A stretch of 64,000 nt of DNA from Torpedo marmorata (Eukaryota), in contig OZ360222.1 in the NCBI GenBank assembly GCA_977017645.1, forward strand, positions 123,442,001-123,506,000. The letters are read 5' to 3'. Positions 1-13,913 of the stretch are shown piece by piece. The notes under the pieces are model-generated. The model ran no database searches. It saw only the letters and a list, made by a program, of their open reading frames with translations, and was not told where the DNA came from. The number at the start of each line of letters is the position of its first letter. Positions within the stretch are counted from its first letter, which is position 1. A program made the position numbers and the translations under genes.

Positions 1-790
1 AGGGCTTTCTTGTCTAAAGATATCTCTAAATCAAGAAAGCTTTGTTATATGGCAAAGGAAATATATGTGGTTATGCAACTGTTTGAAGACCCTAGAAAAA
101 TCTCAGTACTTCCTTAGTCATTCCATACACTGTCAGTTTCATTAATGCTTCTAAAGAATTCAATCATATTTCCAAATCTTGCATCAAATATATCCAAACA
201 TTCCGCAGCAAGAGTGAAGCAATATAGAACAACATAAAGAATGCTGAACTAAAACAATAGTTTCAAAAGGCAATATGTTTAGTAACTACTTTGCTTGTTC
301 AATAGATGAATGATTTGAATGTTTTTCCCAAATAATTTTTGCATAAATTTGGTTACCTTGAAGAATGTCCCACTACTATTAACGTGAAATTATATCCTTA
401 GGGGAGTTAGCACTTAATCAGTAAAATAGGGGTATTAAAGAGCCATTTACACAGCAGCGACTAATTCAGTTTTTGTATCCAGTTTGCAGCTGTTCCTCAT
501 TAAAATGCAACCTGTAAATGTCACAAATTTGTTTACCCTTACTGCAGTAAAAAGGAACACCTCATGCCACCCCTTTTAAAAACAGCTGCAAATCCCAAGA
601 ATCTGAATTGAGCCCATGTAAGAAACCTGATTCATTGTCCCTCACTAGGTTCTTAATCCCTTCTTCAATAGAGTGTGCATTGGGCAGTGATCTGGTCTTA
701 GAACCAGTTGTGGCCTCTTTGAGGAAGTGGTGATTGGACCACTTCAACAACAACAACAAAAATGTGTACTGATGGTTCTAGAATCTAATA

Positions 791-1228
791 TAAGACCATA
801 AGATATAGGAGCAGAAGTAGGACATTCAGCCCATTGAGTCCACTCCAGCATTCCATCATGAGCTGATCCATTCTCCCACTCAACCCTACTCCCCTGCCTT
901 CTCCTCATAACCTTTGATATCCTGACTATTCAGATACCTATCAATCTCTGCCTTACAGTAAATACACTCAACGACCTGGCCTCTGCAGTCGCCCGTGATA
1001 GTAAATTCCAGAGTTTCACCACTCTCTGGCTAAAGAATTTCTCTGCATCTCTGCTTTAAATGGGTGCCCTTCAATCCTGAAGTTGTACCCTCTTGTTCTA
1101 GATTCCCCTATCATAGGAAACAACTTTGCCACATCTACTCTGAACAGGCTTTTCAACATTCGAAATGCTTCAATGAGGTCCCCCCTCATTCTTCTGAACA
1201 ACAAGGAGTACAGTCCAAGAGCAATCAA
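791..1228 (-). mobile_element. CR1-clade (HER1-like) LINE 3' end
   Basis: GLYSL..RRMRGDLIEAFRML...SRTRGYNF motif; minus-strand 3' tail CCTACTTCTGCTCCTATATCTTATGGTCTTA. Confidence 0.88.
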
Positions 1229-3436
1229 TTCTCACACAGCTTTTCGTAGGAGCAATTCATTGAGTAAATTTTCACACTGAGCCGCCAAATAAGTTTTAAA
1301 GGCAGGTGACCAAAAGCTAGAGATAAGTTTTTGGTAATAATAGAAGTGAACAGAGACAACAGAGCTCTGAGGATTAGGAATGGAATTCTGAAGCACATGG
1401 CTATGCCAGACACTAATGGTGAAGTAAGAAAACTAGGAGAATTAGAGGAGCATTGAAATCTCTGAAAGGTGTTGGACAGGAGGAGGTTACCCAGCTATGG
1501 AGAGGTGAGGTCATGGGGGGATTTAAAACTGAGGGTGAGACATTTAAAGTGGAGGTGTTGTCAGACCACAGTATGTCAAAGATACAAAGGATGATGGTTG
1601 ACTGGGATAGGACACAGGTACCAAAATCATTGCGGAAGATTGTGTTTATGGTGTGTGGTTAATGACAGGTTGGCCAGGAGACCACTGATCTAATTACTTC
1701 TACATCAACAAAAGCAGGAATAAAGAAATCAACAACAAAACCACCAGGACAAATGGAAACAGGAGATAAAAACAGAAACTGCAGGAAATACTCATCAGGT
1801 CAAGCATTATCTATGGAGACAGGAACAGAGTTAACGTTTCTAGTCAATGACCTTTCATCATAATTAAGTCTTTAGAGTGTTTTCTGTTTCTATTTCAGAT
1901 TTACAGGATCGACAGTTTCTTTTGCTTTGGGAGAAAGAAAGTCTTTGGTGTTGGAGCACTGAAAAGAGAAAATACTGAATGTTCAAGTGGCACCTGAGTC
2001 AAAATAAAATGGATAAATAATGGAGTATTGGAGCTGAATTACTTTTCAGCTGATGGCAAAATTCGAATAGTTGAATTCTTTAAATTTAAAACATGGGTCC
2101 ACAATTAATGGCAGGGATGCGGGGTGAGGAGATACAATAAAAATTTCAATTTATTTATTCCAGTGGGTCACTCTGATTAATTATAAAACAGGAAGTACAA
2201 TGTAGCTGGTACTGTTGCGAGCATCCTCCTTATCTCCTCTCAGTTGGAAATACATTTCTTCACGCCTACACACATGCCCCTTTCTCCCGCTTTCCCTGCT
2301 ACTCAGCGATGATCAATTAACAGGCTCACACTGAGGTGTGAGATTTGCTCCTGCACTTCACAACTGGTCTGCACATGACACTCTCTGCTGCTTCCTGGCA
2401 GCCCCTGTTCCAGTGCATCACAATGGCTGTGTTCACTTTTCACCTCTCAGCTATATTCAAGTGCTGCAGTCAACAGATGCTGCAGGTACCTACGAGATGG
2501 AATCACACTAATCTGTGGATTTTTCACACTCCTCTAATTCCATTAACACACCTAAATAATAGCTTCCGTGACAAATGCTCTCTTTATTTCTCTCTTCTGT
2601 TGTGTTGTTATTCCATTTGAGGATTGGTAATACCCCATGCTTCTTGATTTCCATATAAAATACTGTATCAAAGCACCTGCAAAGCCATGAATTCACAACT
2701 ACAACTAAACTAGATAAATTTCTCTTAGCCTTGGGAAGGGATGTGAGAATTGACACTGAACATTGTGGAAAAATGAATATCAAATGGGCTTTGATTGAAG
2801 AGTGAATGTTGATGTTCAGTATCAAAAATAAGATCTGCACACTTCATTTTAAACAACACTTAAATATTTAAGATGATAGTACAGGTAAAAGCAATAAAGT
2901 CTAAAATGCAGCAATTTCCTTTGGAGAAGTCTTAGCAAATGCACTCCACCGTTTCTGTGAAACAATTGTTTATATTAGTGAGGTAATAGTTACTGATAGC
3001 AAATGTAAATTATATTTCATATGAATAGAATGCTTGTATCACTACTGCCTACGTCATGACAGATTACAACAGGAATATATTGCCTGTATTACCACTTCAA
3101 AAATATTCATGAGCTGTAAAATCCCTTGAACATCCTGGGGTAGTAAAGGGTGTGAAAGAAGTCCAAGTTCTTCCTCTTCTTATCATTGCAATTTCAATTA
3201 TGTGGTCTGTTCATATGATTGCCTTGGGTGTATGTAGTGCTTTTTGCATTTCGCAACACAGCATAATTAATTACTTAAAAAGCAGAAGGTTGCTTATTGG
3301 TTAATACACATAATAATAATTAAGTAATATTTAAATATTACTTAATATAACAATTATATATCCAGATTCAATTAACATTAGCAAAAGCCTTGAATTTTGT
3401 TCTTCCTCTTTGGTAACTTTGAAACTCATGTTTAAT

Positions 3437-3688
3437 CACGGTTGGCGTAGCGGTTAGCGCAATGCCTTTACAGTGCTAGCAATCGGGACTGGAGTTCGAA
3501 TCCCGCACTGTCTGCAAGGAATTTGTATGTTCTCCTCGTGTCTGCATGGGTTTTCCCCGGGGGCTCCGGTTTCCTTCCACCGTTCGAAACGTACCGGGTG
3601 TGTAGGTTAATTGGGTGTAAATTGGGCGGCACGGACTCGTGGGCCAAAATGGCCTGTTACCATGCTGTATGTCTAAATTTAAAATTTG
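3437..3688 (+). mobile_element. tRNA-derived V-SINE (HE1-like)
   Basis: A box TGGCGTAGCGG; B box GAGTTCGAATCCC (~3492-3504); V-core GTTCTCCTCGTGTCTGCATGGGTTTTCCCCGGGGGCTCCGGTTTCC; CR1-like tail GGCCTGTTACCATGCTGTATGTCTAAA. Confidence 0.85.
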
Positions 3689-3949
3689 ACTACTGTGCTC
3701 TATCAGAGTGGTGGCTCCATTACACAAAATCAGAAAAAAAAAATCACTGACTACAAAAATACAGATTTCATAGTAAAGGGTGAAGCATTAGATAAATGAA
3801 AAATAACAGATTACTGGCCTTGCCAACTGCTTTCACCTAAATCATGATCAGTTGCAAATAAAAGTTTTTATGTGTCTATGCTTGATTTTATAGCACAAAA
3901 GTCATTAGCAACAAACACACTCGAGTAAATCACAAGAGTAGTGTTTATT

Positions 3950-4390
3950 GATTCATAGAGTAACTAGGGCACAGAAGGGACCATTCAGCCAATTGAGTCC
4001 ACGCCAGCTCTTTGAGATCAATTCTGTCAGTCTCATCTCCTGAAGCTCTGCAAATCACTTACCTTCAGATCCTTTTTCAATTTCCTTTTGGAAAACCTGA
4101 CTAACTCTGTTTCCATCACCATGCAGTAGGTGAGTTCCACTTCATGACCACTTTGTATGTAAATAAACATTTTCGTCATATACTCTTCCCCACCACCACC
4201 CCACCTGCATGCACTACATCTTTTAACATCATTTTAAACCTGTGTTGCCTCATCCATGAATCAATTGCTAAAGGGAAGAGCTTTTCTTTTGTTTCCCCTT
4301 TCTAAAGCCTTCATGATTTTGAAAGCCCTATCAAATCTTCTTTAAAGCATCTTTGCTCCAAAGAGAACAACCCTAGCTTCTCCGTCTCTT
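3950..4390 (-). mobile_element. Degenerate CR1 3' fragment
   Basis: CATTCAGCCAATTGAGTCCA and TTTGCTCCAAAGAGAACAACCCTAGC resemble the 791-1228 element. Confidence 0.55.
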
Positions 4391-6905
4391 TAACGATTTC
4401 TTGCTTGTGTACGATGAAGGAGTGAGATGGATTTTGTCCAGCAGAGACAATGTTAAGAGTTTAATACACACGTTGAACAATGTACATATGCACCCAGCCT
4501 TACTGCGAGACCAGATGCCTTCGTGATTAGTAGAGACCAGAAAATCAGTGCAGCAAATGTTATTTATTTTTATTTCCAAAATGAGGTGATGCAAGGGCAA
4601 ATATATTGACCCTTCCAGATGCATTATGAGGAATCTTTAAGTCTTTCTTGCAGTGATGCTCCCATGTTGTTATTCGGTGTGCTGATGAAAATCAGCCATA
4701 CCTTCATTGTCCTTGCTTTGTCACACTGCTTGCCTGATATCCAATATAGAATTGGAAGCTGTTGACTTCTGCCCTTGATGCAAACTCTGTATGTCAGTCA
4801 CTGAATCCACATGCCATCCCTGTCCCTGGAAAATATTCATGTTTCAACTGCACTATTCACAACCTTGGCATTCTAATTGACCCTGAGGAGAGCATCCAAT
4901 CCCTTGGCCTCTCCATTTCCAGGACCAAACATCTAATCGACTGCATTAAACGTCATTGACTAGCTTTTTTTTTATCATGAGGCTTGAATATTTCAATGCT
5001 TACTTGGCCAACTTTCCATTTACATTACATTTTCCACCCCCCATGAGTTAACATTTACCCAAAACTCTGTCACCCAAAACTCTACACAACTACACACAGT
5101 CTTGTTTGTCCCTATGCTTAGTGACTCAGATCCAGATACATTTTTTATCATTCAGACTAATGTACTGTATTCAAATGCTCCCTTGACTCTGGCCTTCCTT
5201 AAATCGCCTTCTGTAATCTCCAGCCTTTAGTCCAACCCTTACTTTTGTCAATCCAATATTGGCAAACTTGCCCTCAACTGCCTGTGCCCAGAGCCCAAAT
5301 TCCATTCACCTCTGTCCTGCTTTTTCATGCTTTGAAACACCCATTATTTTGATCAATCTGTCTCAATGTTTCCTTCATTGGCATGAGAACAAATTTTACT
5401 GATCACAGTGAAACAATTTTGAGTTCCTTAGTGCTTAAAAGATGCAATGTAGATGCTGATTGGTAGATATGAATTTGCAGTTAGCTACCCCTCTATACAA
5501 ACAACAATGATAGATTTAAATGTGGGTGCTGTTAGGGAATCGGATATTCCCACAGCTTAGCAGGTGTCCTTCTCAAAGGTTGCAGGTGACGTTGTTGAAG
5601 TAGCCTTGATGAAATTCTGCAGCATATATGGCTTTGTGATCATGATTATTCCAATACTTACTTGGAAACTAGTAAAGGGATATATACTGGAGTACAGTGT
5701 TAGGGGTGCTAATCATCTTTCTCAGGATGGTCAGGTTTCTTGAATGGCTTGGTTGATCCCACCCATCTCCACAAAACTCTTTCTCAACCCATTTTCTGCC
5801 AGCATCAATGCATTTTTTGAAGTTCCCTAACCTGAGCTTTCTGGAAAATGGACAAGCTTTGAAGGATCAAGAGGTGAACCATTTGCACTACAGTGCTCAT
5901 CGTCTGCTTCTCATAAGCACCTATGGTATTGATGTGACTGTTCTGCTTTAACTCAGGGCAAAATGCAGCGTTCAATGCTGTGTAGTATCAAGTATTTTTG
6001 GTTGCATTAGACTACCATCCTACCCATTTTAAAATATTTATGATTTTAATCATTGTTGCTCATATAGGATGGTTTTATAATTTCTTCCCACCCTAAAAAA
6101 GTAAGGCATATATAACTGTAGATACTGTGTGTACTACATGTAAGAACCTTCCATAATCAGTTGAGGGTTGTTCCATACTAAGACTTTTCGCTTGCCGTTA
6201 GTTGCTCCTACATTCAAATGAGCTATTATGAACTCAATGAGGTTGTAAAATAAACTGATAATTCAAAAGCATTCAATTTTTCTGCCATTTTGGCCCAGTT
6301 TTCCTTCTGTATTGTTAATAGAATGCAGGGAAATATTTGCGATAGCCAGTTATTAGTAGAAAAACCATTACTGACACCTGCATACAGATTCTTCACCTAA
6401 TATTCCTGCCAGACAATGTCTCTTGGCTCAAAATAGCAAAAACAACACAATTACTGATAAAACTCAAATGTCCACCTGCTTTCTAAATTGTGAAATTCAT
6501 AGAAGCTAAGGTTCAGTCTTGATTTGCTTGATTTTCATAAGTGATGAATTCTGTCATTCTATTGCATCATCTCTGCCTCAATGATTATTTTTGATCTTTG
6601 ATACTATATCTTGTTATTCACTAGTTTGAAATTAAGCACAATAGAAGGGGAGATGTGAGATGGACATGTGAGGGAGAATGAATTGTAGTGTTTCAGGGAA
6701 GAAAAGGAGGGAAAACAGGACAGATGGGATTACTCTGCTGGGAATGGGCATGGACATGGGTTAAATGGCCTCATTCTTGGTAGTAATAAATTGGATAGAA
6801 TTATGAATAATGCTAACTTTTGTTTTTATCTATGATTGTCACTTTAATGACTTAAACCCCATTTAGAATTTAATTTTCAAAAAAGGTCGTAGAGTTACTG
6901 CTTTA

Positions 6906-7420
6906 TATTGGACTTCCATAAGACTCACGTAAACTTCTACAGGTGTACCATGGAGAGCATTCTGGCTGGTTGCATCACTGCCTGGTATGGAGGCGCCAAC
7001 TCTCAGGACAAGAATAGACTCCAGAGGGTTGTTAACTCGGCCTGTGACATCACAGGCACCAGATTTCACTCCATCGAGGACATCTACATGAGGCGGTGTC
7101 TTAAAAAAGCAGCCTCTATCCTCAAAGACCCCCACCACCCAGGCCATGCTCTCTTCACTCTGATACCATCAGGAAAAAGGTACAGGAGCCTAAAGACGAG
7201 CACTCAACGGCACAAGAACAGCTTCTTCCCCGCTGCCATCAGATTCCTAAATAATCAATGAACCAAAGACACTGCCTTACTTTTCGTGCACTATTATTTA
7301 TATATTTTTTATAGTAATATCGTAAGATGGTTATAATATGAATGTTTGCACTATGATGCTGCAGCAAAACACCGAATTTCATGACTTGTTCATGACAATA
7401 AATTCTGATTCTGATTTTGA
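6906..7420 (+). mobile_element. Rex1/Babar-type LINE 3' fragment
   Basis: NFYRCTMESILAGCITAWYG...ILKDPHHPGHALFTLIPSGKRYRS...KNSFFPAAIRFLN; 3'UTR ends ATGACAATAAA + (ATTCTG)n tail. Confidence 0.88.
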
Positions 7421-7744
7421 ATCTATACTCCTTCATAGTTAATCATATGTATTCCGATCCTTATTATTACATCAGAAAGGTATGTTGCAGGAAAATCTAG
7501 CACAATGACACATTCATTCCTATTCCATCATATACCGGTATATTTAAACAAAATGAAAAGCTAATATTTTACATGATGGACATTGAAATTGAAATCAGAT
7601 TTTTGGATTCGTTTTTCCATGTATTCAATAACTTTGGAATGGTAGGTGTAAATTAAATTATATTTTCTATACACATAGGTGAAATATTCTATCCACTATT
7701 TTCATGACCAATCTAATTCTAAAAGATTGTTCTTAAATTTGGGG

Positions 7745-8160
7745 ATGTGGTAGCATTGCAGTTTCATTACTATTCCTAAAGTCAGGATTAATGATCTGGA
7801 AAGTGGGTTGAAATCTCATATGGCATTGTAGGATTTAACTTTAGTTAAATAATTAAATAACACTGAAATAAAAAGCTGGTATTAGTATTAATGACCCTTA
7901 AATGAAGGAATTGTAAAACCCTCAGTGTTCACTAATGCTGTTCTCACCCGACCTGGCCTAAATATGACAACAGATTTATGGAAATATGGCCAGTTCACAA
8001 CTGCTCGGGAAATGGTCACTCAACTATATCAAAGTTGTGGGAACCAACTTATCCACAAGCACTGCAGACGTCCATAAAGCAGTTTAGCAAAAGGGGCAAC
8101 TAGGATGGGCAAGAAATGCTGGCCATACCAGTGACATTGGCATCACTGGAATGAATGAAT
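7745..8160 (+). mobile_element. Old SINE with CR1-like tail (inverted related copy at ~49370-49720)
   Basis: Tail GGGCAACTAGGATGGGCAAGAAATGCTGGCC...GAATGAAT; the reverse-complement-like copy at 49.4-49.7 kb shares blocks. Confidence 0.45.
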
Positions 8161-11100
8161 ATAGACTAACATATGATTGAGAAATGTTATATTAGTGATA
8201 TTTTTGAAACAGCAATTTAACTATTCAGAGAAAGAATTGTAAATGAACAGCAAAACAAAATAATCCATGGGGTGCTTCTGGAGCAATGTTCAGTGCTGTA
8301 CAGTATGAAGATGCCTGGGGATAATAGCATCTGCATTTTGTTTAATACTTTGCAAATGTTATTTTAAAGGTGATAATCTGTAAGAATTGTGTTTAATACT
8401 ACTAATAAATACCAAAAAATAATCTACTAAACACTTTTATTTGAAGTAAAAATACTTAACTGATATGTGAAAGCTCTAATTATCTTTCTACCATAATAAG
8501 AAGGATGCACTTTGTAACTGAAATAGACATTACATTTAATGGTTACAAACACAAATGCCATCTATTTATTGACTGACAGTACAATTCACATTTCAAAGAT
8601 TGAACTGCAGATTTTCAATCTTAAATCTATTGAACATATCTACCTTAAACCTACCTTGATACATGGTTTAAGTGTTATATGGACATAAGTAAATAGTTCT
8701 GAATATAGATATGTTAACAAATTCAGTTTACAAATGGTTTTATAACAGCAACCTGGATATTTTATCACTCTATATCAGCATGTCATTTAAATCAAATGAC
8801 AATAGCTTTATTGATTTTATTTAATGCGAGAAAGTATATTTAATATATTTGGGGAAGTGAATTCAAGAACCAAATATTGAATTATTAATTAATATAAATA
8901 GATATGTAGGTAAATTTGCACAATTTGCACAATAAATTTACAAAAATAATTTTATTTTTAAAATCATTTTAAAATCAATTATTTTTAACAGAACATAACA
9001 GATATGTTAAACGCTTGTAATAAATTGTTCTATATATCTTAGGCAGTCAAGTTTTATTCTGTAAAATTTGATAATTTGTCATAAATGAATCCAGTGCTAG
9101 CTCTGAAAGAGTTAAACCTGGCCATATATCAAAATCACGTTTAGAGTATCATAAATATATTACTAAAATAATTTAATTGCCTTTGATGTTCCATGGCACT
9201 AATTTCTTTTCACTCAGCAATTAAAAGAATTAAACAAATCTATCTCAACGGTTTATATGTTAATTAACAACATGAATTTATGAATAAATCCGCTTCAGAA
9301 CACCAACATTTTTTTCCAAATAAAAGCCATATTTCAGAATAAAACAATTAGTGTTTTGGTTCATGTAAAACATTTCTGTTGTTAGTATTCTCTCCAGAAT
9401 AAAATCATTGAGTATTGTTCTCCACTGCATTTCACAGTACTAAACTCATCTGGAAAAACTCACACTAGATTAGAAGCTTGTTACAAATCCGAGACGATGG
9501 GGTGATTAGATTATGTTACTGAAATAAATCCTGCCTGTAGTTTATTCACGTGCAAAGGCAATTATTGTAGAAGGGTATTACCGAGTATATAAAAGTTTAT
9601 TAACGTTGGATAAAATGTTTAACCTTCGTTAGAAAACATTGTGCTGTGCGTCAAACATTCCGCCTCTGTGATGAAAAAGATTCGGAGTCCGGTATTGTAC
9701 TGTTACCTTCTCTATTGGGGAGATTGTTACTCTTTCCAGATTGTACAATTTGAGCAGCTTTTGAATGGTTAAGCAAATTCGACTGCAATATCTCGACGGA
9801 ACGTCAAAAATCCATGACTAAATGTAATCAGGGGATTTTCTAGGCCTGCGCTGCTCTGTTCCGAAGCAACTGCGCGGTGGCAGGAAGTCTGCAGATGCAG
9901 CCTCCAAACACAATATAGTGCAGATGAATTTTAAAATGAATCTATCGACCTCACGCCAAAGTCCTTTAAGAACCGAAATCGGTTTTCTTTGAATAACTGG
10001 AACATTATGCATTACCGATGCATTTAAATTAATTATATTGATTATATTTAGATACGCACGGGTAAAGAAACTGAATTTTACAAATATCAATAGGCATAAC
10101 TCATGGTATAAAGAACTGATATTAAAAACAATGAATAATTATTATCATTCATTTATTTTTGACCATTCAGGTACAGACGGAAAACGCATATTAACATGTT
10201 TTGCAAAATTGCCTTTGGGGCTTACGAACTTATTTGAGCAACGCAAACTGATACTTTTAAAGTCACATAAATTATGAAAATTGCTGCTCGTAATTATCGT
10301 TTGATCTATTATAGTTCAAAAAAGCGACGATTAATTAATGTAAAATATTTTCAATTAATGCGCCATTTACAATGAATCTCCAGCACTGACACCTGTACAA
10401 GCCAGAAAGGCAGAAAAAGCCGGTACAAAGAAAAACAGGAGTATCCGGCAAATCGTTTTTTTTTGTTATGTTTGGGCCAATGTTTACATATTGATTAAAC
10501 GGATTGATACAGATGAATTACAAATGCAATAACTGAACATGTATTATAATGAGTAATATGCATTCACTGACAAATCGCATTAATATCGATTGGTGAAAAG
10601 AGTTTGTTTTAACAAAAATAATGAGCGCAAAGCAAATTAAATGTAAACGAGATTTAATGTAAATGATTCGAGACAAATACCCGTCGCTTTGAATTTCCAA
10701 AAGAAAACAACACTGATTGGATTCGAATTGTTATTAATAATTGTTTTGTTTCTTTCAATGAATGTGGTCGTTCAGGTTTCGCCTATTCAGTGTTTGTTTT
10801 TAGATGTATGGAATATCACAGCTTTAAACAGTTCACAGTGAACAGCTCAGCACCACGACAGGAATTGAAAAGTAACCGCGTGACATTGCTGGAAAGTTAA
10901 CAAGTGACAGGTCACAAATCTCCAACGCCGCGAGGTCGCCGCGTTTTAATGCTTTTATTATCGAAATCAGAAGTAGGGAACTGGCCGTGCAGTTTCAGCT
11001 CTTTACAAATAATTGTAAAGTTCATAGTTCAAATCAGATTCTGTAAATAAAAGCTTGTAGGATTTAAACGCAGTCGTCGATATTAAGCTCAACAAGTACA

Positions 11101-12991
11101 TGGAATAGACATCATACTGAGTTCAATGGCCGGTTCTTATTCGTTTTTGGAACCTCCCAACGGCGTGTTGTTACTGTTCGGGGATGTTGGTGTTGTGTCG
11201 ATGCCCTGCAGACGGCGCAAGAGATTCAGCTTCAGAGAGGATGCGAGGTGATAAGGATCGGTCTCCACCGTCGCCAGTCCGACCGGACACTTTAAGCAAC
11301 CGGTCAATTTTGTTGGTGGCATTTTTAACCGTTTATTTACACACCGCTCTATAGAATTGGCTTCTGCCCTCTTAAACCTTTCAGCTTAAGCGAAATAAAA
11401 GTAAAAACGTATGTACACTTTACTCTGTCGTCAGGGATGTGGTAAGATCTCAACTTCTTCCCAGTTAACGTGAAACGTAAAATGAAACACTTTCCAGAAG
11501 TAAAGGTTACTTGTTTACTTGTTATCTTCCTGAAAACACTGCATTGCCTGAGGCAGTGTTCCCAACAGTTTAAAACACAACACATTCATTCTCTGGGGCG
11601 TTGATAAATCTTAACATATTGCAGGTTAAAATACTCCTTATGTGTAGATAATGATAACTTCGACGTGAAGAAAATTTGTATAGACTTCCATAATAATTTG
11701 ATGTATATAACTTTGCTGGAAATATTATCAATTACTGTTCTTGTCAAAACGGTTTACAGCAGCAAGACATTTGTACCACCGACTTTCCATTAATTATTTT
11801 GACTTTTGTCATCATTTTAAGAATAAGGTCAGAATTCAATAATGTTATGACCGTCATTATGACCACACACTCACATTTATCCTCAATTCGGTTTTCTTCA
11901 TTACGATCGCAATGGGGTTTTATAAGAGTAAATTAATCGATATATTTAATCAGACGATTCGCAGTTTGGGGACACCGATTGTTAACTTCCCGATTGTGTT
12001 TCCATATTTTTTTAAATTTTAAATTGTTTTTATTTCTGGATTGCAATGTCCTCGTTTTTTTAATGTAGCAAATGGTGATATGACCAGTCAAAGAGCGGCG
12101 GGTCTAAACGTTGAGGTACCACCATCCTTAGGGATACTGCCTGGTCAAGGAATTTCTTGGAAAAAGTCGCTCCTGGATTCCTGAAAGCATTTCGGACTTG
12201 AGCTGGAGAAATGTTGCTGTTGTGTAACCTACGTTGACCTCCAGCTGACACAGGGAGTGGACAAGGGAGTCCTCTGTTTAAAGAGACGTTTCAACCCCCA
12301 CCCCCAATCCATCCCTGTAACCCCCTTCAAACCTTTAACAAATACAAAGCGCCGCTTAGCCATTCGAAATCTGCCAAATGAAAAACAGTCTACTACGTTA
12401 ACCAAAACGATCAGGTTTGTTTAAGTCCATATTAAAAGGGAAACTGTCAGGCTTGTCAATAAAGACGACACATGCGACACGCTACACGCGCCTGATATCG
12501 CTGTACATTTACAGCGGATTAAACTTTATATCAATATTCAGAGGAGTTTATATATGGAGAGAGTCAAGGTTGTTTGCTGGAAAGCAAACCTCAGGCGCAG
12601 CTGAAACACGACCAAGGGAGAGGAAACCTTTAACAATATGTTTCACAGTGTGAAATCTCCAGCCCTGCTCGGAGTCCTGGCCACATTATTCCCTGAACTA
12701 ATGACCTTGATTAACTTCACATGAATTTCTCTCTTTTTGTCCTCTCTTTTTCTCTTTGCCACCTCCCCCTCACCCCCTCCCCCCAGCTTCCCTTTACTCT
12801 GCTTCCAACTCTTTAGCTTTTCGATTGCCATCCAATATTTTCACTCTGGCAGGCAGGGGGAATCTGAGCGGGACAAAGTCAGTTTGGGTCGATCCTACCG
12901 AGTGGCGGGTAGGCTTTTGCCCGCAGCGGGTCGGCGTTTTGCTGGTCCGTGCCCGAGACCCACCCCATTCCCCTCCCAACCCAGCACGTAA

Positions 12992-13037
12992 ACGCGCGCG
13001 CGTTCACACACATACACACACAACACACACACACACG

Positions 13038-13070
<33 letters not shown>
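12992..13070. repeat. Compound (CG)n/(CA)n microsatellite
   Basis: Alternating purine-pyrimidine tract with two (CG)4-5 blocks. Confidence 0.92.
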
Positions 13071-13071
<1 letters not shown>

Positions 13072-13258
13072 GACGTTTCAATACATCAGATAATCTAAAT
13101 GCCAATGTACTGAAAATAGGAAAACTAATACAGTACTCAACCATAGAGGGTGACGGTTTCAACTGCTAAAAGACGATTTTAATAAATTTAACATATCCAA
13201 ACTGACCATTCTTTTATTTGTACACCAAGTGTATTATCGATTAGATAAACAGAGGAAA

Positions 13259-13558
13259 AAATCAGATGCTCTACTAATGAAATGAACCTTCATTTTCTAA
13301 ACTTATGGGGTCCTTTCCTTAATTATTATCAGAATTTATAAGATTATTGGATCCCATTTTATGGTTTGGTTGCTTTTTCTTTCATGCATTAGTGGAACAT
13401 ATATGTTTAATCATAACTTCACACGGGAGGGGTTGGATTATTAGAGTATTTTTTTCATATTTTTTGTCTCTTTCATAGGTTGTTTACAGCCATTTGTTAA
13501 TATATATTTACTTTGTTGGATATATATTCTTGTTGTTACCTATGTATGAGCTGTATAT

Positions 13559-13590
<32 letters not shown>

Positions 13591-13617
13591 AACAATAAAA
13601 ATATTGGAAAGAGAGAG
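13259..13617 (+). mobile_element. Short 5'-truncated L1 3' end
   Basis: Encodes (EK)IRCSTNEMNLHFLNLWGPFLNYYQNL* (L1 ORF2 C-terminus, stop 13339-13341); 3'UTR with AATAAA; TSD AAACAGAGGAAA at 13247-13258 and 13618-13629. Confidence 0.85.
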
Positions 13618-13740
13618 AAACAGAGGAAATATTATTTTTTAAAACAATTAAATCTATATACTATGAAAATTACGATCTGAATATGTATTTTAGACTGTTA
13701 TCAGTGCGATGTGCGCGCACACACATACACAGACATGTGT

Positions 13741-13913
13741 NNNNNNNNNNNNNNNNNNNNNNNNNNNNNNNNNNNNNNNNNNNNNNNNNNNNNNNNNNNN
13801 NNNNNNNNNNNNNNNNNNNNNNNNNNNNNNNNNNNNNNNNNNNNNNNNNNNNNNNNNNNNNNNNNNNNNNNNNNNNNNNNNNNNNNNNNNNNNNNNNNNN
13901 NNNNNNNNNNNNN
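13741..13913. other. Assembly gap (173 N)
   Basis: Run of n, next to a CA/GC low-complexity stretch. Confidence 1.

Noticed and set aside
3437-3510. tRNA gene
   Set aside because: The A/B boxes are the head of a V-SINE that has a second copy at 51.4 kb.
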